This document shows positions 19,107 to 29,919 of a stretch of 64,000 nucleotides of DNA, in pieces. The DNA lies in contig OZ244744.1 in NCBI GenBank assembly GCA_965219455.1, positions 288,001 through 352,000 on the forward strand. Reading direction: 5' to 3'. The position numbers and the translations under genes are program-made. A model generated the notes under the pieces. The model was not told the DNA's origin. It was given only the letters and a program-made list of their open reading frames with translations, and made no database searches. Numbering within the stretch: the first letter of the stretch is position 1; each line of letters begins with the position of its first letter. The stretch comes from Candidatus Latescibacterota bacterium. Its GTDB lineage: Bacteria; Latescibacterota; UBA2968; GCA-2709665.

Positions 19107-20391
19107 AGATGCCCTCCTCCTTCGATTTCGGCTTCGGCCGGGCCGACGGCTCTCGAAATGGACCCTCGCGCAACTCACCCATCAGACCTTTCTGCTCTAC
19201 GAATCCATCGACGGAATACAACACGACACCCTGGAAACCGGCACGTCGCGCGATGTCAATCTGAGCGACCGTGTCGTCGGCTTCCTGATTCCAGAGTCCG
19301 ATGCCGGCATAAAGACTCCCGTTTTTCACGCGCTTCCTGGCTTCGGTCATCTGAAGTTCGATCTCCGCCCTGGACCCGACATAGAACATCGGCACCACAA
19401 AGTCCACGAGCCCCCGGTTACTCCATCCGATCCAGTCCTGGCCGTATTGTGTGTAGGCGGACTTTATGTCCGGCTTGACGGCCGCGGACAACCTGACAGC
19501 GGGCTTGAGCCGCGCAATCAGTTCATGCACCTGACCGACCAGCATGCTGACCTGTTCGCTACGCCATTCTTCCCATACCTCCCTGACATCGGTCTCGTCC
19601 GTCTCGCCGCCGGGCTCCCCCTTGACAACTTTCCACTCAGCGGGGCCGATGCCGTAGCGCTTCGTAAACTCTGTCGTTACGGCGGGATTGTAGTCATAAT
19701 GGAAATTGGGATACCGGACATAATCCATGTGAATACCGTCAATATCGTATTTCTCAACAATCTCCAAGATGACCTTGAGGAGATGGGTCCGGACTTTGGG
19801 GTTGCCAGGTGAAAGATATCGTCCATCCACCCCGCGTTTGACAAGATCGACGCCATGCAGCTTAACGCGCCCCATGTCGATCCCGTCGATGGAACGCATG
19901 AACCACTCGGGATGGCGCAGGAATATATGCCGGGTCGACTCCGGCCGCCGCTCTGTCGGGTGCCACGTGAGGTACATATTCACCCAGGCATGCACTTCCA
20001 GCCCCGCCCGGTGCCCCTCCTCCACGAGAAGCGCAAGCGGGTCAAACTCCGATTCGGATAGAGATTCCGCCCTTGGTACCACACGGCTGCGGTAAAAGGA
20101 ATCGCCTCTGCCCCGAACCTGGACCAGGAGCGCGTTCAACCGCCCGTCTACGGCGGTGCGCACCGCGCGCATCACCTGCTCCCGATTCGTCAGCCAATGG
20201 CGAACCACCCACAATCCCCTGAACTCGCCATTCGGCCTGCCGGATGCGTCTGCCGCATCCGACCAGAGGCAGAGTGCAAGGCATAGACAGACGAGTCTTC
20301 CCCCAGGAGCGGCCCGGAAAACAAAGGGCAAATCGACCGATTTGTCGATTTGCCCTCTCGTCCCATTTTTGTCACGACGCAACGGACTCAT
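19084..20391 (-). CDS. Glycosyl hydrolase-like family 10 (YddW/DUF187-type) exported protein
   Basis: EFRGLWV, VQVRGRGDSFY, FDPL, GLEVHAW, YDIDGIHMDYVRYP, QDW..W, VPMFY. Confidence 0.88.
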   Translation of the reverse strand: MSPLRRDKNGTRGQIDKSVDLPFVFRAAPGGRLVCLCLALCLWSDAADASGRPNGEFRGLWVVRHWLTNREQVMRAVRTAVDGRLNALLVQVRGRGDSFYRSRVVPRAESLSESEFDPLALLVEEGHRAGLEVHAWVNMYLTWHPTERRPESTRHIFLRHPEWFMRSIDGIDMGRVKLHGVDLVKRGVDGRYLSPGNPKVRTHLLKVILEIVEKYDIDGIHMDYVRYPNFHYDYNPAVTTEFTKRYGIGPAEWKVVKGEPGGETDETDVREVWEEWRSEQVSMLVGQVHELIARLKPAVRLSAAVKPDIKSAYTQYGQDWIGWSNRGLVDFVVPMFYVGSRAEIELQMTEARKRVKNGSLYAGIGLWNQEADDTVAQIDIARRAGFQGVVLYSVDGFVEQKGLMGELREGPFREPSARPKPKSKEEGICAETQAR

Positions 20392-20939
20392 TTTTTCGTA
20401 CGCTCTTGTTCCTTTCCGGATTCGCCGGCTCCCTCGGAGTCGGCCTCATCGGGCGGAACTGAAGATGGTTCGCCCGATTCGTCCGCGATTTCCTCAGCGG
20501 AAGCTTCAATTGTTTTCCCGTCTTCATTCCCGGGACCGGCTTCGTCGCGGGATTCTGAACGCTCGGCAAAATCGGCCCTCACTTCATCTCCGACCATTTC
20601 CACCAGACACATTTCAACGCGGTCGCCGCGTCGGGAGCCAAGTTTGAGCAACCGCAGATAGCCCCCATTGCGTTCCGAAAACGAAGTTGCGATCTCGTCG
20701 AAGAGTTTGGCAACCACACGCTGGTTTCGAATCCGCCGCAGAACCTGGCGCCTGGCGTGTAAATCACCCCTTTTGGCAAATGTAATCAGGCGTTCGGCCA
20801 CACCACGCAACTCTTTTGCCTTTGCATGGGTCGTGCGTATCGAACCGTACGTGAATAGAGACGTGGCCATGTTGTTTAACATTGCTCTTTTGTGGCTGGC
20901 TGTACGTCCGAGCTTGCGCCCCCTCTTTCCATGTCTCAT
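20388..20939 (-). CDS. rplQ: 50S ribosomal protein L17 with acidic C-terminal extension
   Basis: MRHGKRGRKLGRTASH, ERNGGYLR. Confidence 0.97.
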   Translation of the reverse strand: MRHGKRGRKLGRTASHKRAMLNNMATSLFTYGSIRTTHAKAKELRGVAERLITFAKRGDLHARRQVLRRIRNQRVVAKLFDEIATSFSERNGGYLRLLKLGSRRGDRVEMCLVEMVGDEVRADFAERSESRDEAGPGNEDGKTIEASAEEIADESGEPSSVPPDEADSEGAGESGKEQERTKK

Positions 20940-20954
20940 AGCCCGTCTTTCCGG

Positions 20955-21971
20955 TTAGAATTCGTCTTCCAGCACCGCCACCTCGTCGCTCTTGGCGGCA
21001 ATCCCACTGTATTTAGTGATATCCATGCCGAACTGCAAGCCCAACCCTTCCAGAATTGCCGTCAACTCGTTCAGCGATTTGCGGCCAAAATTCCGAAACT
21101 TCAGCATCTCGGTCTCGGTCTTTTGTACGAGGTCTTCGAGGGTTAGAATATTGGCAGCCTTCAAACAGTTGGCGGAACGCACCGACAGTTCCAGTTCTTC
21201 CACCGGCATCTGCAGAAGTGACGCCACGCGCTGTGTGTCTTCGTCGATTATTTCCTCGTATTCCTCCTCAGGCTCTTCCTCGAAGTGTATAAAGAGTTCC
21301 AGATGGTCCTTCAGGATCTTTGCCGCATGGGACACGGCGTCGTCAGGCCGAACCGCTCCGTTGGTCCAGACTGTCAGTGTCAGTTTGTCGTAGTCCGTCT
21401 GTTGACCCACACGGGCATTGTCCACCTCGTAATGCACTTTTCGGATGGGAGAAAATGCGGAGTCGAGCATAATTGTATCGGTAGGGGGGTCGGTAACTTT
21501 ATTCTCTTCCGCCAGAACATAACCCCGCCCGTTTCCTACGGTAATCTCCATCTCCAGATGACCGTTCTGATCCAGAGATGCGATGTGCTGATCGGGATTC
21601 ATCACTTCAACCTCCGCATCCACCTCCAGTTCCTTCGCTGTAAACGCGCCCGGCCCTACTTTGTCGATGCGAAGCAGTTTGTCTTCGTCTGAATGCATCC
21701 GCAGATTTACCTCTTTGAGATTCAGAACGATTTCAGTCATGTCTTCGACAACGCCCTGTACAACGGAGAACTCGTGTTGCACCCCTTCCACACGAATGGC
21801 CTTAACGGCCGCGCCGCCTATGGATGAGAGCAATACCCGGCGCAACGCATTGCCAATTGTGGTACCAAACCCGCGTTCCAGAGGTTGCACCGTAAACATC
21901 CCGTAGGAATTGGTGATGCTATCCTCATCGATCTGGACGGACCTGGGCATCTGGAAGTTTTTAGACTTCAT
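20955..21971 (-). CDS. rpoA: RNA polymerase subunit alpha
   Basis: PLERGFGTTIGNALRRVLLSS, LELSVRSANCL, NFGRKSL. Confidence 0.98.
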   Translation of the reverse strand: MKSKNFQMPRSVQIDEDSITNSYGMFTVQPLERGFGTTIGNALRRVLLSSIGGAAVKAIRVEGVQHEFSVVQGVVEDMTEIVLNLKEVNLRMHSDEDKLLRIDKVGPGAFTAKELEVDAEVEVMNPDQHIASLDQNGHLEMEITVGNGRGYVLAEENKVTDPPTDTIMLDSAFSPIRKVHYEVDNARVGQQTDYDKLTLTVWTNGAVRPDDAVSHAAKILKDHLELFIHFEEEPEEEYEEIIDEDTQRVASLLQMPVEELELSVRSANCLKAANILTLEDLVQKTETEMLKFRNFGRKSLNELTAILEGLGLQFGMDITKYSGIAAKSDEVAVLEDEF

Positions 21972-22061
21972 ACAAGAATTCTCCTTAGATCCTCTGAAAG
22001 ACAATACGGCGGCCCCTGCTTTGCTCGGAAAACGGGGCCGCTCCTCATCAGGTCGCAGCGA

Positions 22062-22691
22062 TTATTTCGAATATAACTCCACAATGAGTTGCTCTTCGAC
22101 CGGCGTCGGAATACCTTCCCTGTCGGGATGCTCAAGAACGGTACCCGTGAGATTGACCTTGTCCAGAGACAACCACGGCGCCTGTCGCCCCTCGCCGATC
22201 CGCTTGATGGAGTCGTGAATCAACGCCAGTTGACGGCTCTTTTCCCGTACCTGAATTGTATCGCCGGGCGCAACCTGAAACGAGGGGACGTCCACGATAC
22301 GCCCATTTACCATGATGTGCCGATGGCGCACCAACTGACGCGCCGCCTTATGGGAAGGCGCGAATCCCAGCCGATGGGTGACGTTGTCCAGACGGATTTC
22401 GAGCGTCTGCAGGAGAAGCTCCCCTGTTACACCCTTCCGGCGGGCGGCCTTTTGATAGTAACCTCGAAACTGGTTTTCCAGTACACCGTACTGGCGCTTG
22501 GCCTTTTGCTTTTCCCTGAGCTGAAGGGCATATGCCGAAGGCTTGCGACCCTGCCTCTGTCCGTGCATGCCCGGCGGATAGCTGCGCTTTTCGAACGAGC
22601 ACTTGTCCAGGTAGCAGCGTTCACCCTTGAGGAATAACTTTACCCCTTCGCGGCGACACAATTTGCAGTTCGAATCTGTATACCTTGCCAT
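22062..22691 (-). CDS. rpsD: 30S ribosomal protein S4 (Zn-ribbon type)
   Basis: [31 protein letters not shown]. Confidence 0.98.
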   Translation of the reverse strand: MARYTDSNCKLCRREGVKLFLKGERCYLDKCSFEKRSYPPGMHGQRQGRKPSAYALQLREKQKAKRQYGVLENQFRGYYQKAARRKGVTGELLLQTLEIRLDNVTHRLGFAPSHKAARQLVRHRHIMVNGRIVDVPSFQVAPGDTIQVREKSRQLALIHDSIKRIGEGRQAPWLSLDKVNLTGTVLEHPDREGIPTPVEEQLIVELYSK

Positions 22692-22718
22692 GCAATAGAC
22701 CTCCCCGGTCGGATGCCG

Positions 22719-23108
22719 TTACACCCGACGCCGCTTCGGCGGCCGACAACCGTTGTGAGGGATCGGGGTGACGTCGCGAATGGCCGCGATTTCCAGCCCC
22801 GCGCCCTGCAGCGCGCGAACGGCGGCCTCGCGGCCGACACCCGGGCCCTTGACCCATACCTCGACACGTCGCAGCCCCATAGACATCGCTTCCTTTGCCG
22901 CGGCTTCCGCAGCCAACTGGGCGGCAAAGGGCGTACTCTTCCGGGAACCGTTAAAACCCACCTTGCCGGTTGTGGACCACGATATCACGTGCCCGTCTTT
23001 GTCGGTAAGGGTAACAATCGTATTGTTGAACGTTGCTTTAATATGGGCAACGCCCTGCCCATCGACCCGCTTGTTCCTTCGTCGGCTTTTTCTTTGTTCC
23101 GGCGGCAA
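22719..23108 (-). CDS. rpsK: 30S ribosomal protein S11
   Basis: [35 protein letters not shown]. Confidence 0.98.
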   Translation of the reverse strand: MPPEQRKSRRRNKRVDGQGVAHIKATFNNTIVTLTDKDGHVISWSTTGKVGFNGSRKSTPFAAQLAAEAAAKEAMSMGLRRVEVWVKGPGVGREAAVRALQGAGLEIAAIRDVTPIPHNGCRPPKRRRV

Positions 23109-23130
23109 GTGATCGCCTCCTTAGCGGTGA

Positions 23131-23511
23131 TTAAGTTTGTGCTTTCTTCCTCTTGGCAATCTGACCTTTTTTCGGCCCTTTTCGTGTCCGGGCATTGGTC
23201 CGGGTCCGCTGACCGCGCACCGGCAGGCCCCTCCGCCATCGAAGCCCGCGATAGCAGCCGATGTCCATCAGCCGCTTGATATTCATGGCCACCTCGCTCC
23301 TGAGGTTGCCCTCCACCCGGTATTCACCCTCGATTACGCTCCGGAGTTTGGTGACGTCTTCCTCGCTCAACGCGTCAACGCGGGTGTCCGGGGAAATCTG
23401 CGTCTTCTCCAGGATCCGGTTTGAGGCGCTTCTGCCAATACCGTAAATGTAGGTCAGCGAGATTTCTACCCGTTTTTCGCGCGGAACATCGACCCCTGCG
23501 ATACGAGCCAT
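23131..23511 (-). CDS. rpsM: 30S ribosomal protein S13
   Basis: [34 protein letters not shown]. Confidence 0.98.
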   Translation of the reverse strand: MARIAGVDVPREKRVEISLTYIYGIGRSASNRILEKTQISPDTRVDALSEEDVTKLRSVIEGEYRVEGNLRSEVAMNIKRLMDIGCYRGLRWRRGLPVRGQRTRTNARTRKGPKKGQIAKRKKAQT

Positions 23512-23547
23512 CGTATCTCCTCCTTCGTTCGGTTTCCGAAGGCCTAT

Positions 23548-23706
23548 CAGCCCGTTGAAAAAGTCCATCCGGTCTGCGGCCGGCTCTTGTGGCCGAATGA
23601 CTGCGTTTCGCTCCCTCCCCGAATCCCCGATTCGGCTCGGTCGCGCGCCTTGTCTTCGGTCACAATGGCTCGGCCTCGCCTGCAGAGCAACATTTTCAAC
23701 GGACTG
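23548..23706. mobile_element. MITE-like element (family A), 159 bp, with 4-bp target-site duplication CTAT
   Basis: Terminal inverted repeats CAGCCCGTTGAAAA...TTTTCAACGGACTG; CTAT at 23544-23547 and 23707-23710; second copy at 15199-15315. Confidence 0.8.
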
Positions 23707-23823
23707 CTATCCCTGTCTCTGTTTATGACTTGGATCGTGTCTGCAAATCACCCGAACCACACCCTTTCTGCGAATGATCTTGCAGTGATTGCAACGTTTC
23801 TTGACTGACGCACGAACCCTCAT
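23707..23823 (-). CDS. rpmJ: 50S ribosomal protein L36 (not in ORF track)
   Basis: Hand-translated [38 protein letters not shown]. Confidence 0.97.
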   Translation of the reverse strand: MRVRASVKKRCNHCKIIRRKGVVRVICRHDPSHKQRQG

Positions 23824-23839
23824 CCTTCCGTCCTTTCGG

Positions 23840-25180
23840 TCACCTTCGGCCTCTCAACCTTCCTTTTTTCATAAAGCCATCGTAGTGCCGCATCAGGAGA
23901 TGCGACTCCACTCGCTGCAATGTGTCCAGCGCCACGCCTACGATAATCAGTAGCCCGGTGCCCCCGAAAAAGTCGATCAGGCCGGGATTCACATCGGCCC
24001 AACTGATAACGAAAAACGGGAAAACCGCGATTGCCGCCAGAAAAATCGACCCCGGAAGCGTAATTCGGGTCAGAATTCGATCGATAAAATCGGAGGTGCG
24101 TTTGCCGGGCCGGATTCCGGGAATAAACCCGCCTTGTCGCTTCATATTATCGGCCAGATCGACGGGATTGAATACGATAGCCGTATAAAAATACGCGAAA
24201 AAGATAATCATCGTGGAATAGAGAATCCAGTACGGCAGCGCGTGCAACGTTGTGGCGGGCGAAAACCGGGAAGCCATATCCTGCACCCACTCGTTCATCG
24301 GGAAAAAATTGGCCAGGGTGGATGGCAAAAACATGATGGCCTGGGCGAAAATGATCGGCATCACTCCGGAAGTATTCACCTTCAACGGAATATGGGTGCT
24401 CTGGCCACCATATACCCGCCTGCCCACGACACGCTTGGCATATTGTACCGGAATTTTCCGCGTGCCCTGAGTAATGAGCACCACCAACGCGGTAACGGCG
24501 ACAATAATGACAACCACAAACAACTCCAGCAAGATGGGCTTGTTGTTGGCCAGGAAATCCTGATATTCCTGAATGACGGCCGAGGGCGCACGAGCAATTA
24601 TCCCAATGAAAATCAACATCGACATGCCGTTACCGATACCCCTGTCGTCGATCTGCTCCCCCAACCACATCACAAACACGGTTCCGGCGGTAATGGTCAG
24701 AATCGTCAACAATCGGAAGCCCATACCCGGATCCGGCACCACCAGCATTCCCGTGATGGGTGACCGGAGGCTTTCCATAAACAGACTGACGCCAAAGGAC
24801 TGAGCGGCAGCCAGCGCCACGGTTCCGTAGCGGGTATATTGGGTGATCTTCTTGCGCCCCTCTTCGCCCTCCTTCTGGAGTTTTTGCAGAAAGGGAATGA
24901 CGGCGCCCATCAACTGAAGGATGATCGAGGCGCTGATATACGGCATAATGCCCAGCGCGAAGACGGTCGCGCGGCCAAATGCGCCACCGGCAAACATGTC
25001 GTAAAACCCCAGGACGCCGGTAGCGGCGCTGCTGAAGTATTCGTCCAGGGCCCTTGGGTCGATGCCGGGAATGGTCACGTACGTGCCAACCCGGAAGACG
25101 ATCAGAATACCCAGCGTAAACAGGATGCGATTGCGTAACTCGGGGATTCGAAAGGCACTCTGGAAACTCTGGAGCACCAC
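23840..25180 (-). CDS. secY: Preprotein translocase subunit SecY
   Basis: [43 protein letters not shown]. Confidence 0.98.
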   Translation of the reverse strand: MVLQSFQSAFRIPELRNRILFTLGILIVFRVGTYVTIPGIDPRALDEYFSSAATGVLGFYDMFAGGAFGRATVFALGIMPYISASIILQLMGAVIPFLQKLQKEGEEGRKKITQYTRYGTVALAAAQSFGVSLFMESLRSPITGMLVVPDPGMGFRLLTILTITAGTVFVMWLGEQIDDRGIGNGMSMLIFIGIIARAPSAVIQEYQDFLANNKPILLELFVVVIIVAVTALVVLITQGTRKIPVQYAKRVVGRRVYGGQSTHIPLKVNTSGVMPIIFAQAIMFLPSTLANFFPMNEWVQDMASRFSPATTLHALPYWILYSTMIIFFAYFYTAIVFNPVDLADNMKRQGGFIPGIRPGKRTSDFIDRILTRITLPGSIFLAAIAVFPFFVISWADVNPGLIDFFGGTGLLIIVGVALDTLQRVESHLLMRHYDGFMKKGRLRGRR

Positions 25181-25195
25181 CGCCTCCTCTCAAAA

Positions 25196-25657
25196 TTAAC
25201 CCGTCTCGGAACCGGCGTCCATCAGGCTGACACTTCCTCCGGCCGCTTCGATTTTCCCGGTGGCCGACCTGGATACCGCGTGCGCCTGAACCTGTAAGGC
25301 ATCGGAAACCTCACCCCGCCCCAGAATCTTTACAGGCCGCCGAATCGACCGTATCAGACCCGACTGTTTCATATTTTCGGGGGTCACCTGCCCGGACAAT
25401 CCCCGTTTAACGATATCGTCCAGATTAACGACCTGATAAACCACCTTCAGAGGGTTGTTGAACCCGACTTTGGGCAGCCTGCGTTGCAGCGGCATCTGCC
25501 CGCCTTCAAACCACGGCCTTTTTTTCGCGCCCGAACGCGACTTCTGACCCTTGTGTCCTTTGCCGCTGGTTTTGCCGCAGCCGGAACCGACGCCGCAGCC
25601 CAGCCGTTTCCGGCTCTTGACGGCGCCTGCGGGGGGCTTGAGCTTTCCTGGTTTCAT
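25196..25657 (-). CDS. rplO: 50S ribosomal protein L15
   Basis: GKTSGKGHKGQKSRSG, FEGGQMPLQRRLPK. Confidence 0.97.
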   Translation of the reverse strand: MKPGKLKPPAGAVKSRKRLGCGVGSGCGKTSGKGHKGQKSRSGAKKRPWFEGGQMPLQRRLPKVGFNNPLKVVYQVVNLDDIVKRGLSGQVTPENMKQSGLIRSIRRPVKILGRGEVSDALQVQAHAVSRSATGKIEAAGGSVSLMDAGSETG

Positions 25658-25732
25658 CTTGCTGGACCTTATGAGTACGAGTAAATGACCCCAATTCTTC
25701 CAAACCGGCCGTGCAGACGTCCATACCCGGAA

Positions 25733-25930
25733 TCAGCCGTCTGCCTGTTTTACCTCCACAAGGTGTGCAACCGTGTTGACCATACCGCGGATTTGCGCCG
25801 TATCGTCGTGAACCACACTGTGGCGAATACGGCGAATGCCAAGCGCCGCGAGTGTACGCCGCTGCTTTTCATTGCGTGAAATCATACTGCGAACCTGGGT
25901 GATTTTCAGCTTCTTTCCGTCGTGTGCCAT
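25733..25930 (-). CDS. rpmD: 50S ribosomal protein L30
   Basis: [27 protein letters not shown]. Confidence 0.96.
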   Translation of the reverse strand: MAHDGKKLKITQVRSMISRNEKQRRTLAALGIRRIRHSVVHDDTAQIRGMVNTVAHLVEVKQADG

Positions 25931-25936
25931 GCCGCA

Positions 25937-26452
25937 TTACTCCCGAATACCGGTCAATTCCGCTTCATCGACATTCCGCAACCGCGCAAACGCCCGTGCG
26001 TCCCGGATGTTGGCCAAACCCTGAAGCGTCGCCTTCACGGTATTGTGAGTATTCTGGGACCCCAGTGATTTCGTCAGCACGTTCTGCACGCCCGCCAATT
26101 CCAGAACCGCTCGAATACCTCCCCCGGCGATCACACCGGTTCCTGGCGCCGCAGGCTTTAACAGCACCCGGGATGCACCAAAAACACCGATGATCTGATG
26201 TGGCAACGTTCCATTGATTACCGGTATGCGTACGACTTCCTTTTTTGCGTTTTCGGTGGCCTTGCGAATGGCTTCGGCCACCTCTCCCGCCTTGCCAAGA
26301 CCGGCGCCAACGTGACCCTGACGGTCGCCGACAACCACCATCACGTTGAATGCAAAGCGACGGCCTCCCTTGCGCACGTGGGATACCCGCTTGAGGCTGT
26401 TATTGATGACGATTTCGGTGAGGTCCAATCCCGAAGGATCTATTCGTTTCAA
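25937..26452 (-). CDS. rpsE: 30S ribosomal protein S5
   Basis: [26 protein letters not shown]. Confidence 0.97.
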   Translation of the reverse strand: MKRIDPSGLDLTEIVINNSLKRVSHVRKGGRRFAFNVMVVVGDRQGHVGAGLGKAGEVAEAIRKATENAKKEVVRIPVINGTLPHQIIGVFGASRVLLKPAAPGTGVIAGGGIRAVLELAGVQNVLTKSLGSQNTHNTVKATLQGLANIRDARAFARLRNVDEAELTGIRE

Positions 26453-26483
26453 ATGGGCACTCCTTTAAATCTGGCAACCACCG

Positions 26484-26852
26484 CTAAAACAACAACCCGC
26501 CTTCGCGCGCGCCGTCGGCCAATGCCTTGATCCGGCCATGATACAGACAGCCGCCCCGATCGAAAACAACCGTTTTAATACCGACTTCCAGAGCCTTGAC
26601 TGCTACTGCGCGCCCCACCTCGCGGCCCTTTTCGCACTTGTTGCCCGAGAGCATGTCGCGAATTTCTCTGGAATTGCTCGAGAGTCCAAGCAGGGACCGC
26701 CCCGTCGTGTCGTCGATCAGCTGCGCCTCAATGTGGTTCAGGCTTCTGCTAACCGCCAATCGGGGACGCCCGGCCGTACCGCGGATCTTTTTCCGAATTC
26801 GCAATCGGCGGCGGCGGCGCAGGTTGGCCTTCTGGATCTGTGGGTTTGCCAT
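26484..26852 (-). CDS. rplR: 50S ribosomal protein L18
   Basis: [27 protein letters not shown]. Confidence 0.97.
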   Translation of the reverse strand: MANPQIQKANLRRRRRLRIRKKIRGTAGRPRLAVSRSLNHIEAQLIDDTTGRSLLGLSSNSREIRDMLSGNKCEKGREVGRAVAVKALEVGIKTVVFDRGGCLYHGRIKALADGAREGGLLF

Positions 26853-26879
26853 GAAAATCCGCTCCGTGTATCCTGAAAT

Positions 26880-27446
26880 TTACGTTACAGTGGCCTTGCC
26901 CGCCTTACGACGAACGTACTCATTAACGTACCGTATCCCTTTACCTTTGTAAGGCTCGGGGGGACGGACTTTTCGAATATCGGCGGCGATCCGCCCCACC
27001 CATTCTTTATTGGCACCCCGAACGACGATTGACGCCTGGGCCAGGTCAATTTCGGAGGGGGCCGCCTCGACATTTATTTCGACGCCATCAATGGGCTCGA
27101 AAATCACGGGGTGGCTGAAACCGACCTGTAAATCGAGATTCCTGCCCTTCATTTCAGCGCGATAACCCACGCCCACGACGACCAGTCGTTTTTCAAATCC
27201 ATTACGCACACCTTCAACCGCGTTGGCCAACAATGCTCGGGTCAGGCCCCACACTGCCTTTGACTCCCTGTCCTCAATATCCTCCACGGTTACACGGAGC
27301 GTCCCGTCGTCCTGCCGAACCCGTGTTAACGGATGAACCCGTACCGTCAATTCGCCCTTGCTCCCTTTCACCCGCACCCCGTCGGACTGAACATGTATCT
27401 GAACGTCATCCGGAACGGGAATCGGCTGTTTTCCAATGCGTGACAC
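26880..27446 (-). CDS. rplF: 50S ribosomal protein L6
   Basis: SRIGKQPI, GVGYRA, RPPEPYKGKGIRY. Confidence 0.98.
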   Translation of the reverse strand: MSRIGKQPIPVPDDVQIHVQSDGVRVKGSKGELTVRVHPLTRVRQDDGTLRVTVEDIEDRESKAVWGLTRALLANAVEGVRNGFEKRLVVVGVGYRAEMKGRNLDLQVGFSHPVIFEPIDGVEINVEAAPSEIDLAQASIVVRGANKEWVGRIAADIRKVRPPEPYKGKGIRYVNEYVRRKAGKATVT

Positions 27447-27461
27447 CTGGAATCCTCCAAT

Positions 27462-27860
27462 TTACCAGAGGTGGCAGAGAACCTCGCCGCCGACCCCGGC
27501 CATGCGAGCCTCGCTATCCGTGAGTATTCCCCGTGAAGTGGAAAGTACGGCCACGCCGAGACCGTTGAGCACCCTGGGGATCTCGCCGACACCGACGTAA
27601 CGACGGAGCCCGGGTCGGCTGATGCGCACCAATCCCTGTATGGCGCTCTCGTCGTCCGAACTGTACCTGAGATACAGCCGGATGTAACCCTGCCGGTTGT
27701 CCTCCACGCGGGCGTAGTTGTGGATGAACCCTTTTGTTTTCAAAATTCGGGCAATTTCGGTTTTAATCCGGGAGCCCGGAATGTCTACCTTCCGGTGCCC
27801 CGCACCGGCTCCATTCCGAATACGGGTCAGCATATCCGCTATCGGATCGCTCATACTCAT
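27462..27860 (-). CDS. rpsH: 30S ribosomal protein S8
   Basis: DPIADMLTRIRN, SRPGLRRY, GVGGEVLC. Confidence 0.98.
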   Translation of the reverse strand: MSMSDPIADMLTRIRNGAGAGHRKVDIPGSRIKTEIARILKTKGFIHNYARVEDNRQGYIRLYLRYSSDDESAIQGLVRISRPGLRRYVGVGEIPRVLNGLGVAVLSTSRGILTDSEARMAGVGGEVLCHLW

Positions 27861-27891
27861 AGGGCCAACCGCCTCCTGTCTGTCACAACGG

Positions 27892-28077
27892 CTACCAACT
27901 CGCCTTCGCAACCCCGGGAATATCACCCTGCAACGCCAGTTCTCTAAAGCAGATCCGACAGATTCCGAACTGCCTCATGTAGCCTCTGGGGCGTCCGCAG
28001 CGATGGCAACGATTATACCTGCGAACGGCAAACTTCGGTTTTTTGTTTGCTTTGACAATTAACGTCTTTTTTGCCAC
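27892..28077 (-). CDS. rpsZ: 30S ribosomal protein S14 type Z
   Basis: 61 aa from GTG; [28 protein letters not shown]. Confidence 0.96.
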   Translation of the reverse strand: MAKKTLIVKANKKPKFAVRRYNRCHRCGRPRGYMRQFGICRICFRELALQGDIPGVAKASW

Positions 28078-28099
28078 AAGAACGCTCGCTTTCTTGAAA

Positions 28100-28654
28100 T
28101 CAGGCCGCTTCGGCAGTCTGGAAGGGCATGCCAAAGCGCTTGAGTAATTCAAACGCCTCTTCGTCGGTCCGGGCCGTGGTAACCAGTGTCACGTCTAGCC
28201 CTCGAACCTGGTCGATCTGATCGTAGTTGATCTCCGGAAAAATGATCTGCTCCCGAACCCCCACGGTAAAATTCCCCCGGCCGTCGAAGGCATTGGGAGA
28301 CAAACCCCTGAAGTCGCGAGTACGGGGTATGGCAAACGTAAAAAAACGGTCGAGAAACTCGTACATCCGATCGCGGCGGAGCGTAACGGCACACCCAACG
28401 GGCATGCCCTGGCGCAGTTTGAAATTCGAGACCGACTTCTTCGCCCGCCGAACCGAAGGACGCTGCCCCGCTATGGTTGACATGTCTGCGATGGCGCTGT
28501 CGATCGCCTTCGGATTCTGGACGGCCTCTCCCAGGCCCATATTCAGGACGATCTTCTCGAGCCTGGCCACCTGCATCCTGTTCTTGTAGGCGAAATGTGA
28601 AACCATCGCCGGGACGATCTCGTTGTTGTACACTTCACGCAGTCGCGCCGCCAT
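28100..28654 (-). CDS. rplE: 50S ribosomal protein L5
   Basis: [34 protein letters not shown]. Confidence 0.98.
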   Translation of the reverse strand: MAARLREVYNNEIVPAMVSHFAYKNRMQVARLEKIVLNMGLGEAVQNPKAIDSAIADMSTIAGQRPSVRRAKKSVSNFKLRQGMPVGCAVTLRRDRMYEFLDRFFTFAIPRTRDFRGLSPNAFDGRGNFTVGVREQIIFPEINYDQIDQVRGLDVTLVTTARTDEEAFELLKRFGMPFQTAEAA

Positions 28655-28667
28655 CCAACCCTCTCTA

Positions 28668-28994
28668 TCAGCTGGCTTCGGGAATCTGTTCGCCGCTCTT
28701 GACGGCAAGCCGAATACGAACGCCGTTCTCCAGCCTTTTCCGGCGTATCCGGGTGGGCTCGTCGGTCTGTGGATCGATCAACATAAGCTTGGAAATGTGT
28801 ACGGGTGCCTCTTTTTCGACAATACCGCCCTGCTGGTTTTTCGGTCCGGGCCGGGTATGGCGTTTTATGAAATTTATGCCCTCCACCAGCGCCCGCGCCT
28901 TTTTGGGGAATACCTTCAGGACGCGTCCCCGCCTCCCCGCATCCACACCTCCGATGACCTCGACCCGATCTCCCTTGCGAAGATGAACTTTCAC
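28668..28994 (-). CDS. rplX: 50S ribosomal protein L24
   Basis: [28 protein letters not shown]. Confidence 0.97.
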   Translation of the reverse strand: MKVHLRKGDRVEVIGGVDAGRRGRVLKVFPKKARALVEGINFIKRHTRPGPKNQQGGIVEKEAPVHISKLMLIDPQTDEPTRIRRKRLENGVRIRLAVKSGEQIPEAS

Positions 28995-29021
28995 CGCTCG
29001 ACTCTCCTCATTGTCGAAAAG

Positions 29022-29390
29022 TCAAACTACTTCGGCCGCCAGAGAAACAATCCGCATAAACCGCCTGTCGCGCAGTTCTCTAGCAACCGGTCCGAAAATG
29101 CGCGTTGCCATCGGCTCGCCGTCGGCGTTTATCAGCACCGCTGCGTTGTCGTCGAAACGAATGTAAGAACCGTCGGAGCGTCGAGCCTCCTTCTTGGTCC
29201 GAACAATGACCGCACGCACGACTTCTCCTTTTTTTACAGCGCTGTTGGGCTGGGCATCCTTTACGGCGACCACGATCGTATCGCCCAAACCGGCATATCT
29301 TCTCCGGGACCCGCCCAGCACGCGGAAACACATCACCTTTCGGGCGCCGCTATTGTCAGCACAGTTCAAAACCGTCTGTTCCATAACCAT
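29022..29390 (-). CDS. rplN: 50S ribosomal protein L14
   Basis: [28 protein letters not shown]. Confidence 0.98.
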   Translation of the reverse strand: MVMEQTVLNCADNSGARKVMCFRVLGGSRRRYAGLGDTIVVAVKDAQPNSAVKKGEVVRAVIVRTKKEARRSDGSYIRFDDNAAVLINADGEPMATRIFGPVARELRDRRFMRIVSLAAEVV

Positions 29391-29403
29391 CCTGTAGCAC
29401 TCC

Positions 29404-29670
29404 CTATTGAACCTTTTCCAGAATCTCTGCGAGACGCCACCGCTTGGTTTTGCTGATTGGGCGGGTTTCCATAATCAATACGGTGTCGCCGGTATTTGCC
29501 GTGTTGGCTTCGTCGTGTGCCGCAAATTTGGAGCGGCGCCTTACAACCTTGCCGTAAAACGGATGGGGCGTCCGCCAGGTGACTTCCACGACGATCGTCT
29601 TATTGGCCTGATTGCTCAGCACCCGACCCACAAGGGTCTTGCGACGGCTGCGCGCGTCGGTTTGCGCCAT
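29404..29670 (-). CDS. rpsQ: 30S ribosomal protein S17
   Basis: [22 protein letters not shown]. Confidence 0.97.
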   Translation of the reverse strand: MAQTDARSRRKTLVGRVLSNQANKTIVVEVTWRTPHPFYGKVVRRRSKFAAHDEANTANTGDTVLIMETRPISKTKRWRLAEILEKVQ

Positions 29671-29673
29671 AGT

Positions 29674-29919
29674 TCAATTTCCTTCCGATCCATTGGATTC
29701 GACACCGGGGGCACCGGTTGAGGCTTTCAGGTCCAGTGCGCGCTCGCTCAGTACCGTTTTGATTCGGGCGATGTCCCGTCGGACCGACTGCACCCGAAGC
29801 GGGTTGTCGAGTTGTTGCGTGACAAGCTGAATTCTCAAATTGGACAACTCCTCAAGCCTGTCGTCGAGTAACTCATCAACGTCGGCGGGAGTCATTTGAC
29901 GAATCTCGCTGGCTTTCAT
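29674..29919 (-). CDS. rpmC: 50S ribosomal protein L29
   Basis: [21 protein letters not shown]. Confidence 0.96.
   Translation of the reverse strand: MKASEIRQMTPADVDELLDDRLEELSNLRIQLVTQQLDNPLRVQSVRRDIARIKTVLSERALDLKASTGAPGVESNGSEGN

Noticed and set aside
23512-23568. N-terminal extension of the S13 ORF (MDFFNGL...)
   Set aside because: The upstream ATG comes from the MITE end; the real start is 23511 after a GGAGG RBS.
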